Program-made: the position numbers and the translations under genes
Assembly: GCA_008632985.1 (NCBI GenBank)
Contig: QPGO01000171.1
Coordinates: 124,001-160,155, forward strand
DNA length: 36,155 nucleotides
Origin: Psammoneis japonica
Lineage: Eukaryota
Reading direction: 5' to 3'
Notes under the pieces: model-generated
What the model saw: only the letters and a program-made list of their open reading frames with translations
Told to the model about the DNA's origin: nothing
Database searches by the model: none
Part shown: positions 34,079 to 36,155 of the stretch, one piece after another
Numbering within the stretch: position 1 is the first letter of the stretch
How the letters are laid out: every line of letters starts with the position of its first letter

Positions 34079-35921
34079 GTGAAACTAGCGCCATCTGTGC
34101 TAAAACTGCACCAGCAACGACATGGTTTAGCAGGAGAGATCATTGACAATGCTCATGCATTTGAGATGGCTCTCGAGAACCGCGGACGATTCATCCGTGG
34201 TGGCCCCGTGCAAGCGAAACCCCGCTCCACGTCTGCATTTGTTGATGAACGTGATGTGCCACAACTGGTCAAAGTGTGTGAAACTGTTGACTCTAGAACT
34301 CCTGAAGAAAACAAGGAGTTACCAAACACTTTAGCAGAACATGCTGCATGCCTCACAGACATGGCACCTACCCTGACATCAGATGAAATTCACTTGGTGA
34401 TCGATTCCAGTGCATCTGTCACCATCACAAACAATGAGAATGATTTTATAGGGTGTGTAAGACCAGCTCAGAACTTGAACTTGAAGGGTGTCGCTTCAGG
34501 CCTCTCCATGGAAGGCATTGGCACGGTGAGATACTCCTTCATGGACGACGCCAGTGTCAACTTCACCATCGACACAGAAAACGTGTCATGCATCCCTGCC
34601 TGCCCGGTCAGACTACTTTGCCCACAGCAAGTGGCAGCCACAAGTCCCAATCAGGATGCTGATGGGTTCTTTATATGCGGCAGTTCTATGACAATGATTC
34701 ATGGGCAGCATCGCGAGACAGTGCGACATCAATCATGAATCACATCTACCGATTCTTGCTGCTGCACCAGGCTTCGGTAACTGCCAAGCATTTTGCTCTG
34801 ACATAAGAGCTGATGGCACTTTACCATCACGCACCAATGTTAAAGCACACTCGGCTTCGTGTCCGGCTTTTGCTGTCACAACACGAAAGCAAAAGGTGGC
34901 GGCCGACACAAAGGTCAGACCGACTCAAGCTGACAAGCAAAATGAAACCACAAATAAGAACGGCAAAAAGGCCCGGCCTACCCAGCCTCAACAAGCCTCA
35001 CCAGTTCACGAGGGAGGCACAGAAGACAATCTACTCCCCATTCAATGCGATGTGTTAAAATTACATCATCGCATGGGCCACGTTGGATTCGAACAAATCC
35101 GAGAATGGGCCAAAATCGGCATGGTGCCGAAACGCTTCGAAAAATGCAAAGCCCCGGTCTGCAAAGCTTGTGCACATGCTAAAGCAAAGCGCAAAGCTGC
35201 GCAACGTGGTCATTGAATTGATGAACGCCACGACCACGCTCCAGGTCGAGGTGTGTTGGCGGACCAACTCGACATGAGTCATCCAGGCCCACTTCCCACT
35301 GCTCGTGGCAAACCAACCACTCGCAGGTACAAACACTGTGCCCTGTGGATTGATCATTTTTCTAGATTTATCTGTCCACACATGCAAGAGTCTGCTGGAG
35401 GAAAAGAGACTTTGAACGGCAAAACCAAGCTCGAAAATGTGACATCAAAATCGAGCACATTCATGCCGACAATGGCACATTCGCCGCTGCAGAGTTCATC
35501 GAACACTGCGTTGAAAATAAACAACGGAACTCCTGTTGTGGAGTGGGAGCACACTGGCAAAACGGCATCTCCGAATGCCACACAGGCGTTGTCACCTCAA
35601 TGGCACGCACGCACCTGTTGCACGCTCAGTCCCTGTGGTCTGATGCAGTGACTACCGAATTATGGCCATGCGCCATTCGACAGGCTGTCAACTTTCACAA
35701 TGTGTGCATCAGAAAGGGCAAACAGAAAAACCCCTGGGAACCATTCACCGACAAGAAACCGCCATTCCAAATGGATGATTTTCACATGTGGGATGTCCCG
35801 TCTATGTCGCCGACAAAAGTGTCCAAGACGGGACTCACATCGGAAGATGGGCCGAACAGTCATGACAAGGAGTGTACGTGGGACATTTGCTGGACCATGC
35901 CAGCAATGTCCACCTGGCATG
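34079..35921 (+). pseudogene. Copia pol: protease, GAG-pre-integrase, integrase (frameshifted)
   Basis: ORFs 34079-34738, 34701-35216, 35253-35651 and 35543-35959. Confidence 0.9.
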
Positions 35922-36155
35922 TGAAGCAAACTTCTGCGTCATTGCGTCAGCAGCTGTGAGATTTGGGAGATTCGAATGACCGGGATTGTTGACACCTTGA
36001 AGAAATTCTGCGACAGAAACCTGAACACTGTGGCTGCAGTCAATCGCAGCTTTTCCCATGATTTTTAGAAAGCATTCGTGGACAACTTATCAAGACCATT
36101 CACTGTGATCACACTGTGTCTTGTTCTTTCCTTCTCTTTTCTTTGTTGTGCATTC

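Larger units (their letters stand above)
31620..35921 (+). mobile_element. Younger Copia (CoDi-like): 5' LTR, PBS, gag, protease, GAG-pre-integrase, integrase; RT and RNase H absent
   Basis: Gag knuckle TWHWCDACK..STRHSTDTH; protease LVIDSSAS; LHHRMGH..C...CKAC..AK; ADQL, WIDHFS, HADNG, GAHWQNGISE, LWPCA. Confidence 0.92.

Noticed and set aside
1..36155. Hundreds of overlapping 60-290 aa ORFs as real genes
   Set aside because: Explained by loss of TAA/TAG; most are antisense or off-frame to TE proteins.
1..36155. Alternative genetic code or metal-binding Cys/His-rich proteins
   Set aside because: Cys/His replace Tyr by single transitions, some TAY codons remain, and the same change occurs in non-coding MITE DNA.
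1..36155. Classical fungal RIP
   Set aside because: RIP raises TpA and AT content and adds stops; the opposite is seen.
35922..36155. Continuation of Copia pol
   Set aside because: Integrase similarity stops near 35921; the remainder is too short to classify.

Overview
Eukaryotic, most likely diatom, heterochromatic window (inferred from CoDi-type Copia, diatom-type Gypsy gag and RNase H-bearing Ambal-like LINE motifs). It is a nested transposon graveyard with no intact host gene, RNA gene or CRISPR array. Contents: four Ty1/Copia fragments (1-2867 +, ~6720-8310 -, ~17720-19990 +, 31620-~35920 +); a Ty3/Gypsy (~27700-31619 +) cut by the last Copia; a near-complete APE-RT-RNase H LINE (~13770-23960 -) plus two LINE fragments; two copies of a Mutator-like MITE; a 400-bp TIR element inside gag; and two decayed orphan gene regions (8.8-13.8 kb, 25.8-27 kb). 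The main signal is mutational. Besides ordinary CpG decay, TpA has been systematically converted to TpG/CpA (Tyr to Cys/His, Leu to Pro/Ser, Val to Ala, Ile to Met at conserved motifs; TAA/TAG stops erased). This is visible directly in a diverged repeat pair, appears context-biased, and is already present in elements that still keep their CpGs. It suggests a repeat-targeted A:T to G:C hypermutation, the reverse direction of fungal RIP. Most six-frame ORFs are artefacts of this stop-codon loss. All calls were made by eye; no counts or searches were run.
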